Shown piece by piece: positions 1 to 8,913 of a stretch of DNA of 64,000 nt; position 1 is the stretch's first letter; the number at the start of each line of letters is the position of its first letter. The position numbers and the translations under genes are program-made. Below the pieces are notes generated by a model. It saw only the letters and a list, made by a program, of their open reading frames with translations, did no database searches and was not told the origin of the DNA. The stretch comes from Candidatus Fervidifonticultor sextus (lineage in GTDB: Bacteria > Sysuimicrobiota > Sysuimicrobiia > Sysuimicrobiales > Humicultoraceae). The DNA lies in the NCBI GenBank assembly GCA_031459875.1, contig JAVKHQ010000005.1:39584-103583 (forward strand), given 5' to 3'.

Positions 1-831
1 GGGTGGGATCCCGGCAAACACGTGGCTGAGTCCCGGCGCCGACCGCACCGCGGCGCTGCGCACCACGTCCACCCGTGAGATGGCATTCTCCCGTGAGAAC
101 ACCACACGGGCATCGGGGAGACGGCGGAGCTGGCTGAGGCTCTTGTACGGCGACAGGGGGAGTTCGACGGGCAGGGTCGCCCCGAGCGCGGTGACCACGG
201 CCAGGGCGGCAGCCCCCAGCGTCTTGGGGGCCCACGCGCGCCGGTGCGAGGCCGCCCACAGGATGGCGCTCCCGGCCGCCGCGGCCGCCCCCGAGGCGAT
301 CATGCAGCCCGGTCCCCCCAGCGTTTCCAGCAGCGGCACCGCAGCCAGCGCGCCGCCCGCCGCGCCAAGGAATGAGGCGGCATAGAGGCTGCTGGCGCGA
401 TGGGGAAACCCGGCCAGTAGCACGCCGGTCACCAGGCCGCCGAAGAAGAAGGGTAGGACGAGTGCCGCCACCACGACCGCCAGGAACAGCCACTGGGTTG
501 GATCCAGGGCGACCAGGTAGGCGTCGGCGGGGACCGTGACGACCGCCAGCAGCGCCAGACCGACCGACGGCGCCACCGCCAAGGCTGCCCACGCCGCGGT
601 CGGCAGCGGCGCGCCGCGCAGCACCGGGACGACGGCCAGCGCGGTCCCGCTGGCCCCGAAGCCCAGCAGCCCCAGGCCCACGGCCATGAAGGCGAAGTGG
701 TGCCACTGCACGAAGGAGAAGATCCGCGTGAGGGCGACCTGCTCGATCAGCGTGGCGGCGGCGACCAGCGCGACGCCCGCGTGGACACCCGCGCCGGCGG
801 CCCCGCCCCCCTGGCGGCGTGGCTCGGTCAC
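1..831 (-). CDS. Polyamine aminopropyltransferase (spermidine synthase)-like membrane protein. N-terminal part only; the gene continues beyond the window start.
   Basis: My own reverse-complement translation gives ...VALVAAATLIEQVALTRIFSFVQWHHFAFMAVGLGLLGFGASG..., the aAL-YQV-W-R / fM-GLALG membrane motif of spermidine-synthase-family membrane proteins. Likely GTG start at 831. The ORF track omits it because its stop lies outside the window. Confidence 0.45.
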   Translation of the reverse strand, partial: MTEPRRQGGGAAGAGVHAGVALVAAATLIEQVALTRIFSFVQWHHFAFMAVGLGLLGFGASGTALAVVPVLRGAPLPTAAWAALAVAPSVGLALLAVVTVPADAYLVALDPTQWLFLAVVVAALVLPFFFGGLVTGVLLAGFPHRASSLYAASFLGAAGGALAAVPLLETLGGPGCMIASGAAAAAGSAILWAASHRRAWAPKTLGAAALAVVTALGATLPVELPLSPYKSLSQLRRLPDARVVFSRENAISRVDVVRSAAVRSAPGLSHVFAGIPP

Positions 832-879
832 GGCATGGCCTTCGCGGCCGCCGCGGGGCGGTCCTACCGCGCCGGGCGC

Positions 880-925
880 GAAGGATCTTTTCGGATGCCC
901 AGGAGAATTTCAGAAGGATTTTTTC
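880..925. promoter_or_regulatory. Two 13-nt direct repeats, GAAGGATCTTTTC at 880-892 and GAAGGATTTTTTC at 913-925, spaced 33 bp centre to centre, in an AT-richer divergent promoter region. Candidate operator.
   Basis: Seen directly in the sequence. It lies between the divergent starts at 831 (minus) and 949 (plus). Confidence 0.35.
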
Positions 926-948
926 ATCCCCTCCCGAAGGGAACCCCG

Positions 949-1812
949 ATGCCCCCCGAGCCGTCCGCAGGGATCGGGAGCCTGACGCGCCTGCGCGAGA
1001 TGCGCCCGCGGCTGGCTCACGCCGAACGCAGGCTGGCCACCTACATCCTCAAGCACCCCCGCCAGGTCCTGGATTCCTCCATTACCCTGGTGGCTGGCCG
1101 CGCTGGGGTCAGCGAGGCCACCGTTGTCCGGCTGTGTCGGCGCATCGGATGCCGCGGCTACCAGGACCTGCGGATCCGTCTGGCCGCCGACTTGGTCCTG
1201 CCGCCCCGCCAGCTCTACCAGGAGATCGAGCCCGCAGACGACGCGACGGCGGTGAAGCGCAAGGTCTTCGGGCTGTCGGTGCGCGCCCTGGAGGAGACGC
1301 TGGATGTCCTGGACGATCGGGCCCTGGAGAGCGCCGTCGAGGCGATCACCGGCGCGCGCCGTGTGGACTTCTACGGCGTGGGCGCCTCGGGGCTCGTGGC
1401 GCTGGATGCCCACCAGAAGTTCCTGCGCATCGGCGTCGAGGCCCAGGCCTTCACCGACCCCCACGTCCAGGCGGCCTCGGCGGCGCTGTTGCGCAAGGGC
1501 GACGTCGCCGTGGGGATCTCCGAGTCGGGGTCGACCCGCGACACGGTGCACGCCCTGGGCGTGGCGCGGGCGGCGGGGGCCACCACCATCGCCATCACCC
1601 GCTACGGGCCGTCACCCATCGCCAAGGTGGCGCAGATCCGGCTGCACACCCTCTCGCCCGAGAGCGGCATTCGGGGCGGGGCGCTGGCCAGCCGCATCGC
1701 GCAGCTCGCCGTCGTCGACGCCCTGATGGTCGCTGTGGCCCTGCGCCGCTACGACGCGACGCTGGCGGCCCTGCGGGCCACGCGCGACGCGGTGGCGGAG
1801 AAGAAGTTCTGA
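949..1812 (+). CDS. MurR/RpiR-family transcriptional regulator (HTH plus SIS domain).
   Basis: HPRQVLDSSITLVAGRAGVSEATVVRLCRRIGCRGYQDLRI is an HTH_6 motif, followed by an SIS-like VDFYGVGASG segment. I chose the ATG at 949 with a GAAGGGAA RBS over the longer track ORF. Confidence 0.8.
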   Translation: MPPEPSAGIGSLTRLREMRPRLAHAERRLATYILKHPRQVLDSSITLVAGRAGVSEATVVRLCRRIGCRGYQDLRIRLAADLVLPPRQLYQEIEPADDATAVKRKVFGLSVRALEETLDVLDDRALESAVEAITGARRVDFYGVGASGLVALDAHQKFLRIGVEAQAFTDPHVQAASAALLRKGDVAVGISESGSTRDTVHALGVARAAGATTIAITRYGPSPIAKVAQIRLHTLSPESGIRGGALASRIAQLAVVDALMVAVALRRYDATLAALRATRDAVAEKKF

Positions 1813-2360
1813 TGGCCTCCTCCCTGGTCATCCGCCGGCTGCGGGCAGAGGACGTGGAGCCCTGCGCCCGGATCATCGCGGGCGATCCCCTCTGGCAGCG
1901 CTATGAGGTGAGGCTCCCGCAGGCACGGCGGATGGTGCGCGCCGCACTGGCCGCATCCCGGCGCGGCGGACCGGCAGCCCGGGCGGCGGGAGAGTTCGCC
2001 GTGGCGCGCACGAGGGGGCAGGTGGTCGGCTTCGTCTGGTTCCGGCTGGACGGCACCTTCCACCACAGCGGCTACGTCCGACTGCTGGGCGTCGCGCCCC
2101 ACGCGCGCGGGCGCGGGGTCGGCAGGCGCCTGATGGCGCATGCCGAGCGACGCCTGTTTGCGGCGGGCCCGAACGTGTTCCTCCTGTGCTCGGACTTCAA
2201 CAGCGGGGCCCAGGCCTTCTACGAGAAACTGGGCTACACCACGGTCGGGGCGATTCCCGACTACATCGTGCGGGGGGTGACCGAGCGGCTGTACCGGAAG
2301 ACCCGGGGTCCCATCGTGACCCGGGAGACGAGAGACCACCGAAGGAGGCGAAGCCAGTGA
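1812..2360 (+). CDS. GNAT-family N-acetyltransferase.
   Basis: RGVGRRLMAHAE...AQAFYEKLGY is a GNAT acetyl-CoA-binding motif. Its ATG overlaps the upstream stop as TGATG. Confidence 0.8.
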   Translation: MASSLVIRRLRAEDVEPCARIIAGDPLWQRYEVRLPQARRMVRAALAASRRGGPAARAAGEFAVARTRGQVVGFVWFRLDGTFHHSGYVRLLGVAPHARGRGVGRRLMAHAERRLFAAGPNVFLLCSDFNSGAQAFYEKLGYTTVGAIPDYIVRGVTERLYRKTRGPIVTRETRDHRRRRSQ

Positions 2361-3871
2361 GAGTCCGCTGGGCGTTGTGGGTGCTCGTGGTCGGGCTCGT
2401 GCTGCCGGCCCTGCCGGCCGGCGCCGGCCCGGCCGGGACGACGTTCACCATCGGGGTGGACCAGGAGGTCGTGGGACTGGACCCCAACCTGGTCACCGCG
2501 TTCTCCTCGTTCCGCCGCATCGACTTCCTCTACAACAAGCTGGTCCGCTACAACGACCGGCTGGAGATCGAGCCCGACCTGGCCGAGTCCTGGGAGTTCC
2601 CCGACCCCCGCACCGCGATCTTCCGGCTGCGGCGCGGGGTCAGGTTCCACAGCGGCGCCGAGATGACCGCCGACGACGTGAAGTTCACCCTGGAGCGGGT
2701 GCTGGATCCCGCAACCCGCTCGCCGGGCCGGTCGTTCATCGACGTGATCACCGCGGTCGATGCCGTCGACCGCTACACGGTCCGGGTGCGGATGCGCTTC
2801 CCGCTGGCCTCGCTGCTGTCCGGCCTGGCCTCGGCCAACCTCTCCATCGTCGAGCGGGCGGCGGTCCAGCAGCACGGCAACCTGCAGCGCACCGTGGCCG
2901 GCACAGGCCCCTACATGATGGCCGAGTGGGTGCCGGACAACTTCATGCGACTGGTCCGCCACCCCAACTACTTCCGCCGCGGGCTCCCCAGGATCGACAC
3001 GATCATCATCCGCGTCATCCCCGACCAGGCCTCCCTGCTGGCCGGCGTGCGGACCCGCGCCCTGGACATGGCCACGATCAACCAGGGCCCGGTGATCACC
3101 CAGGCGAAGCGTGAGACGGGCATCGTCGTGTTGCAGAAGGCCGGGATCAACCTCAGGATCTTCTCCTTCAACACCACCCGCCGGCCCTTCGATGACGCGC
3201 GGGTGCGCTACGCCTTCTCCTGGGCCATCGACCGCCAGGCAATCGTGAACACCGCGGAGTTCGGCTACGCCACGGTCTCCGGGCCCATTCCGGCCTCGAC
3301 GCCGTGGGCCACGCCCGCCTCCAGGTTTCCCTCCTACACCCAGAACCTCGCCCGCGCCAGGCAACTGCTGGCCGAGGCCGGATACCCGCAGGGCTTCGCG
3401 ACGCGCATCGTCACCTCGCCCACCTATGAGGGCGGCATCGCGGTGGCCCAGGTCATCCAGGAGCAGTTGCGGGCGATCGGCGTCACCGCCACGCTGGACA
3501 CCATCGAGTGGGGCACCTACATCAACCGCTGGGTGGCCCGCGACTTCGACACCATGGTCGAGCTGCGCGGCGGCGACCCGGACCCCGACCGGTTCCTGTA
3601 CCGGACCTTCCACAGTACCGGCGCGGTCAACAACTTTCTGTTCAAGGACGCGGGCATCGATCGGCTGCTGGAGCGCGGCCGGGTCAACCTGGATGCCGAC
3701 GCCCGCAAGCCGATCTACGCGGAGCTGGAGCGCGCGCTGATCGAGGCCGCGCCGGCCCTGTTCCTCTACGTGCCGATGGAGACGCAGGTCCTCCAGGGCT
3801 ACGTGCGGGGGTTCAGGCTCATCGGCAACGGCGCGCTGTACTATCTGGAGGAGGCGACGGTCGAGCGGTAG
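2357..3871 (+). CDS. ABC transporter substrate-binding protein, family 5 (peptide/nickel, Dpp/Opp-like).
   Basis: Signal peptide VRVRWALWVLVVGLVLPALPAGAG. SBP_bac_5-like regions. The GTG start overlaps the previous stop as GTGA, with a GAAGGAGG RBS 8 nt upstream. Confidence 0.8.
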   Translation: MRVRWALWVLVVGLVLPALPAGAGPAGTTFTIGVDQEVVGLDPNLVTAFSSFRRIDFLYNKLVRYNDRLEIEPDLAESWEFPDPRTAIFRLRRGVRFHSGAEMTADDVKFTLERVLDPATRSPGRSFIDVITAVDAVDRYTVRVRMRFPLASLLSGLASANLSIVERAAVQQHGNLQRTVAGTGPYMMAEWVPDNFMRLVRHPNYFRRGLPRIDTIIIRVIPDQASLLAGVRTRALDMATINQGPVITQAKRETGIVVLQKAGINLRIFSFNTTRRPFDDARVRYAFSWAIDRQAIVNTAEFGYATVSGPIPASTPWATPASRFPSYTQNLARARQLLAEAGYPQGFATRIVTSPTYEGGIAVAQVIQEQLRAIGVTATLDTIEWGTYINRWVARDFDTMVELRGGDPDPDRFLYRTFHSTGAVNNFLFKDAGIDRLLERGRVNLDADARKPIYAELERALIEAAPALFLYVPMETQVLQGYVRGFRLIGNGALYYLEEATVER

Positions 3872-3940
3872 CGCCCTGCCCCCCCTACACCGTGCGGCCG
3901 GGGCCCAGGGAGCGCGGGACCCGGCTGCCGGACTTCGCCG

Positions 3941-4888
3941 ATGCAACGCTATCTGGCCGCGCGTCTGCTGGCACTGATCCCGGTGCTGCTGGGCATCCTC
4001 GTGGTCGTGTTCCTGCTGATCCGGCTGATCCCGGGGGACGCCATCCAGTTGTTCCTGGGCACGCAGGTGGAGATGACGCCCGAGCAGATGGCGGAACTCC
4101 GGCGCTTCTTCGGGGTGGATCGGCCCATCTGGGTCCAGTTCGCCGACTACCTGGGCCGGGTGCTGCGCGGCGATCTCGGCGTGTCGCTGAGGACCGCTCG
4201 ACCGGTGCTGTCCGATATCCTGCAGCGACTGCCCCTGTCCTTCCAGCTCGCCACGCTGAGCCTGGTGGTGGCCGTGGTGATCGCGATGCCGCTGGGTGTC
4301 CTCTCGGCCGTCACCCGCAATTCGGCGTTCGACGTCGTCGCGCGGATCGCCGGCCTGCTGGGGCTCTCTATCCCCAACTTCTGGTTGGGCGCCATGCTGA
4401 TCCTCGTCTTCTCGCGCTACCTCCACGTTGCGTTGGGGCAGTATGTGCCGATCACGCAGGACCCCCTGGGCACGCTGCAGAGCCTCTACCTGCCCGCGCT
4501 GGCGCTGGGCACGGCGATCGCGGCGATCCTGATGCGCTACGTCCGGTCGTCGCTGCTAGAGGTGCTGGGGCAGGAGTACATCCGCACCGCCCGCGGCAAG
4601 GGGCTGAGGGGCACGGCGGTGATGCTCCGCCACGCCCTGCCCAACGCCATGATCCCGGTGGTCACCGTCATCGGCTTCCAGATGGGCTACCTGCTGGGCG
4701 GCACGGTGGTGATCGAGGAGATCTTCGCCCTGCCCGGGATGGGCCGGCTGGCGCTGCAGGCCATCTTCCAGCGCGACTACCCGGTGGTGCAGGGCGTGGT
4801 GCTGGTCGTCGCCCTGCTGTTTGTGCTCACCAACCTCGTCGTGGACCTCCTCTATGCCTGGATCGACCCCCGCATCCGCTACGCCTGA
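3941..4888 (+). CDS. ABC transporter permease (DppB/OppB-like).
   Basis: N-terminus MQRYLAARLLALIPVLLGILVVVFLLIRLIPGD, and the BPD permease EAA-like region. Confidence 0.85.
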   Translation: MQRYLAARLLALIPVLLGILVVVFLLIRLIPGDAIQLFLGTQVEMTPEQMAELRRFFGVDRPIWVQFADYLGRVLRGDLGVSLRTARPVLSDILQRLPLSFQLATLSLVVAVVIAMPLGVLSAVTRNSAFDVVARIAGLLGLSIPNFWLGAMLILVFSRYLHVALGQYVPITQDPLGTLQSLYLPALALGTAIAAILMRYVRSSLLEVLGQEYIRTARGKGLRGTAVMLRHALPNAMIPVVTVIGFQMGYLLGGTVVIEEIFALPGMGRLALQAIFQRDYPVVQGVVLVVALLFVLTNLVVDLLYAWIDPRIRYA

Positions 4889-5759
4889 GATGGCGGCCAC
4901 GCCGCCGGCCGAGGCGCCCCGCCTGCGCACGTGGCGGTGGTGGGCTCGCCGGTTCGTGCGCAACCGCGTGGCGCCCATCGGCCTGGTCATCGTCGCCGCG
5001 AGCATCGCGGTGGCGCTGCTGGCGCCGGCCATCGCGCCCCGGGACGTCCGCGCCATGTCGCCGCCCGATGCCCTCTCGCCGCCGGGGCGGCTCTTCTGGT
5101 TCGGCACCGACGAGTTCGGCCGCGACGTATTCAGCCGCGTCCTGGTCGGCTCCCGGATCTCCCTGGTGGTCGCGTGCCTCTCGGTGCTCACGGCCCTGGC
5201 CATGGGCACGACGGTCGGCCTGACCGCGGGGTTCTACGGCGGGTGGTGGGATGCGGTGTCGATGCGGGCGATGGACGTCATCTTCGCCTTCCCGGCGATC
5301 CTGCTGGCCATTGCCATCATGGCGGTCCTGGGCACGAGCCTCTTTAACCTGGTCATCGCCATCGGGATCGTCTACACGCCGCAGTTCGCCCGGGTCGCGC
5401 GGGCTGCGGCGCTGACGGTGCGGGCCCTGGAGTTCGTGGACGCCGCCCGCGCGCTGGGTCTGAGCAACGTGCGCATCATCGCCCGTCACGTCATTCCCAA
5501 CGTCCTCGCGCCGATCACCGTGCAGATCTCCCTCAGCCTCTCGCTGGCGATCCTTTCGGAGTCGGCGCTGTCCTTCCTGGGCTTGGGCACGCAGCCGCCG
5601 ACCCCCTCGTGGGGGAACATGCTGAGCGAGGGCCGGCAGTTCCTCGAACTCGCCCCCTGGAACGCGGTGTTCCCCGGGCTGGCCATCATGGTGGTCGTGC
5701 TGGGGTTCAACCTGCTGGGCGACGGCCTGCGCGATCTGCTCGACCCGAGGCTCCGGTGA
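4889..5759 (+). CDS. ABC transporter permease (DppC/OppC-like).
   Basis: Typical DppC N-terminus and transmembrane pattern. ATG at 4889, directly after the stop of the upstream permease. Confidence 0.8.
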
Positions 5760-6967
5760 CAGCCTCCGACCGTCCGGGTCCTGCGTCGCGGGCCGGGGGG
5801 GCGGCCCGCCGCGTGCGGGAAGCGGTGCGGGCGCATCTGCGCGAGGGGGTGGCGCAGGGCGTCTTCCCGGGCGCGGTCGCCGCCGTGATCTGGAGAGGGG
5901 CCACGCTGGCGCTGGAGGCGCATGGCTTCGCCCAGGTGGTGCCGTACTGCCGGGCGATGACCCCGCAGACGATCTTCGACCTCGCCAGCGTCACCAAGCC
6001 GGTCGTCACCACCACGGCCGTCCTCCAGTTGTGGGAGCGCGGGATCCTCGACGTGGACGCGCCGGTCTGCCGCTACCTGCCAGGGTTCGCCGACGGCGGG
6101 AAGGAGCGGGTCACCGTGCGGCACCTGCTGGCCCACACCTCGGGCCTGCCGGCGTGGGAGATGCTCTATCTTCCGGCCCCCTCCGCGCTTTGCGGCGGGA
6201 GCGGCGCGCGAGCCCGGGCATGCCGTTCCATCGACGAGGCGGTGGCGCGCATCTGTGCGACGCCGGCCGCCGCATCCCCGGGTGTGTCGGTGAACTACAG
6301 CGATCTCGGCTTCATCGTGCTGGGCCATCTCGTCCAGCGCGCCAGCGGCGAGGACCTGGAGGCCTACGCCCGGCGCCACATCTTCGGTCCCCTGGGTATG
6401 CGTTGGACCCGCTTCGTCCCGCCGGCCGGGTGGCGGTCGCGGTGCGCCGCCACCGAGATGGGCAACGCTTATGAACGGGAGAAGGCCGCGGCGCTGGGGC
6501 TGGGCCGGCGATTCCCCTGGCGCACCTACCTCCTCCGCGGGGAGGTCCACGACGGCAACGCCTGGTACCTGGGACGCGGCGTGGCCGGGCACGCCGGGCT
6601 GTTCGGCACGGCCGCCGACCTGGGGCGCTTCGGAATGGCGATGCTCCGGGGGGGATCACTGGACGGCGTGCGGATCCTGGGGCGCAGGACGGTCCGGGAG
6701 GCCACGTGCACCCAGACGCCGCACACCGCCGGGCCCCCCCGCGGGCTCGGGTGGGCGCTGGCGGGCGCGCCGTTTGCGGGATCCCGCGCGTCCCCCTCGG
6801 CGTTCGGGCACACGGGGTTTGTCGGCACGTCGGTGCTGGTCGACCCCGATCGCGACCTGGTCGTCGTGCTGCTCACCAACCGGGTCCACCCCTCGGCGTC
6901 GAATGAGGCCATCCAGGGCTTCAGAGCGACCTTCCACGACGCGGTGATCGGGGCGCTCGATGCCTGA
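5756..6967 (+). CDS. Serine hydrolase of the beta-lactamase fold (class C/AmpH-like; esterase or D-aminopeptidase type).
   Basis: SVTK (SxxK) active-site motif and HTGFVGTSVLVDP; GTG start overlapping stop. Confidence 0.75.
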   Translation: MTASDRPGPASRAGGAARRVREAVRAHLREGVAQGVFPGAVAAVIWRGATLALEAHGFAQVVPYCRAMTPQTIFDLASVTKPVVTTTAVLQLWERGILDVDAPVCRYLPGFADGGKERVTVRHLLAHTSGLPAWEMLYLPAPSALCGGSGARARACRSIDEAVARICATPAAASPGVSVNYSDLGFIVLGHLVQRASGEDLEAYARRHIFGPLGMRWTRFVPPAGWRSRCAATEMGNAYEREKAAALGLGRRFPWRTYLLRGEVHDGNAWYLGRGVAGHAGLFGTAADLGRFGMAMLRGGSLDGVRILGRRTVREATCTQTPHTAGPPRGLGWALAGAPFAGSRASPSAFGHTGFVGTSVLVDPDRDLVVVLLTNRVHPSASNEAIQGFRATFHDAVIGALDA

Positions 6968-7934
6968 AGCCCTCATCGCCGGGGTGGACGGCGGCGCGTC
7001 CAAGACCCGCGCGGCGGTCCTCAGCGCCGGCGGGAAGGTGCTGGCCACCTCCACGGTGCCCTCGGCCAGCGCCTACCACCGCGAGGCCGAAGAGGCGGCC
7101 GAAATCGTCGTCGCATCCGTCCGGGAGGCGATGGCGGCGGCCGGGATCGGCGGGCCGCTGGCGGCGCTGGGCGCGGGGCTGGCGGGGGCCGACGACCCCG
7201 CGATCCGCGCGCGGCTGGAACGCACGCTCGCCGGCGCCGGGCTGGCGGCCAGCGTGCTGGTCGATCACGACGCCGCCGCAGCACTGGCCGGCGGCACGGC
7301 GCTGGAACCGGGGATCGTTGTGGTCGCGGGGACCGGATCCATCGCCTTCGGCGTGGATGCGGAAGGTCGGCGGGCCCGCGCCGGCGGGTGGGGACCGCTG
7401 CTGGACGACGAGGGGAGCGGCTACGCGATCGGCCGGGCGGTGTTGCGCGCGGCGATGCGGGCGTTCGACGGCCGCAGCGAGACCACCGCGCTGGCCGAGT
7501 CCGTGCGCCAGCATTTCGGGCTCGGGTCCCTGGCCGGGCTGAAGATGGCAGTGCGTGGCCTGGGGATCGACGAGGTGGCCGCGATCGCACCGCTGGCTGT
7601 GGATGCGGCCCAAAGCGGCGACGCCGTGGCGAATCGGATCCTGCAGCGTGCCGGCCGGCACCTCGCCGCGATGGTGGCGGCGGTGGCGGCGCAACTCGGC
7701 TGGCGGGAAGTGCCGTTTCCGCTGGTGGCAGCCGGCGGGGCCTTCGAAGCCGGCGCCCTGATTCTCCACCCGCTGGCCCAGGCCCTGGAGGCGGCGGGTT
7801 ACCGGGCGGGCCTGCAGCCCGCCCGCTTTCCCCCTGAGGTCGGGGCCGCACTCCTGGCGGCACGGGCGGCAGGGCTCGATGCGGCCGGATTGATCCGCGC
7901 GCTGGCGCGCGAGGGGGGCGGACGGGGCCCATGA
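6960..7934 (+). CDS. BadF/BadG/BcrA/BcrD-type ATPase, a GlcNAc/MurNAc-kinase-like sugar kinase (MurK-like).
   Basis: N-terminus MPEALIAGVDGGASKTR resembles the ROK/BadF phosphate-1 motif. It sits immediately upstream of murQ. Confidence 0.75.
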   Translation: MPEALIAGVDGGASKTRAAVLSAGGKVLATSTVPSASAYHREAEEAAEIVVASVREAMAAAGIGGPLAALGAGLAGADDPAIRARLERTLAGAGLAASVLVDHDAAAALAGGTALEPGIVVVAGTGSIAFGVDAEGRRARAGGWGPLLDDEGSGYAIGRAVLRAAMRAFDGRSETTALAESVRQHFGLGSLAGLKMAVRGLGIDEVAAIAPLAVDAAQSGDAVANRILQRAGRHLAAMVAAVAAQLGWREVPFPLVAAGGAFEAGALILHPLAQALEAAGYRAGLQPARFPPEVGAALLAARAAGLDAAGLIRALAREGGGRGP

Positions 7935-7959
7935 GGCGGCCCAATCGCAAGGGGCGGGA

Positions 7960-8913
7960 GTGGTGAGTGTGGTGCATTCCGAAGGAGACTCCTCTCCGGT
8001 CGACTACGCCGTGCTGGGGACGGAGCAGCGCAATCCACGGTCGCGGGAACTCGACCGGCTCTCTACGGAAGAGATCCTGCGATTGATCAACGAGGAAGAC
8101 CGCCGCGTGCCCGAGGCTGTGGCCGCCGAGATCCCCAACATCGCGCGGGCGGTGGACCAGGTGGTCCGGGCGCTAAGGGCCGGCGGCCGCGTCATCTATG
8201 TCGGCGCCGGGACCAGCGGGCGGGTCGGCCTCCTCGACGCCCTGGAGTGGCCCCCCACCTTCGGGGTGGATCCGGAGGTGATCCGGGCTGTCGTCGCCGG
8301 CGGTGCGTCGGCAGCCATCGAGGCCGCCTCGCCGTTCGAAGACGACCCCGCGGCAGGCGCCGCGGAGATCGCCGGGCTGGGGGCGGGCCCGAGGGACGTG
8401 GTCGTGGGGATCGCCGCCAGCGGCGTGACCCCCTTCGTGATGGGTGCCGTCCAGGAAGCCCGGCGCCGCGGGTGCGCCATCGTCGGCCTCAGCAACGTCC
8501 CGGGCTCTCCGCTGGCAGCGGCGGCCGATGTGGCCATCACCCCCGTCGTGGGCCCGGAGGTCCTCACAGGCTCCACGCGGATGAAGGCCGGGACCTCCCA
8601 GAAACTCGTCCTCAACATGCTGAGCACCGCGGCCATGGTGCGGCTGGGCAAGGTCTACAGCAACCTCATGGTGGACCTCTCGCCCAGCAACCGGAAACTG
8701 GCGGCCCGGGCGCAGCGCATCGTCGCCGAGGCCACCGGCCTGGACCTGGAGACCAGCAGCCGGCTGCTGGAGCAGTCCGGGGGACGGGCGAAGGTGGCCA
8801 TTGTCATGGGACTGGCCGGCGTCGGCCGGGAGGAGGCCGAGCGGCTGCTGGCTCGCTGTGGCGGGCTCGTGCGCGAGGCGGTGCAGCAGGGGCGCGATGC
8901 GGGCCGTCGCTGA
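7960..8913 (+). CDS. murQ: N-acetylmuramic acid 6-phosphate etherase.
   Basis: SIS-domain sequence VIYVGAGTSGRVGLLDALEWPPTFG with the MurQ C-terminal region. GTG start. Confidence 0.9.
   Translation: MVSVVHSEGDSSPVDYAVLGTEQRNPRSRELDRLSTEEILRLINEEDRRVPEAVAAEIPNIARAVDQVVRALRAGGRVIYVGAGTSGRVGLLDALEWPPTFGVDPEVIRAVVAGGASAAIEAASPFEDDPAAGAAEIAGLGAGPRDVVVGIAASGVTPFVMGAVQEARRRGCAIVGLSNVPGSPLAAAADVAITPVVGPEVLTGSTRMKAGTSQKLVLNMLSTAAMVRLGKVYSNLMVDLSPSNRKLAARAQRIVAEATGLDLETSSRLLEQSGGRAKVAIVMGLAGVGREEAERLLARCGGLVREAVQQGRDAGRR

Noticed and set aside
819-2360. 513-aa plus-strand ORF that spans the RpiR gene in another frame.
   Set aside because: Only the C-terminal 182 aa (GNAT, 1812-2360) is protein-like. 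The remainder is an R/G/P-rich off-frame artefact overlapping the well-supported RpiR gene.
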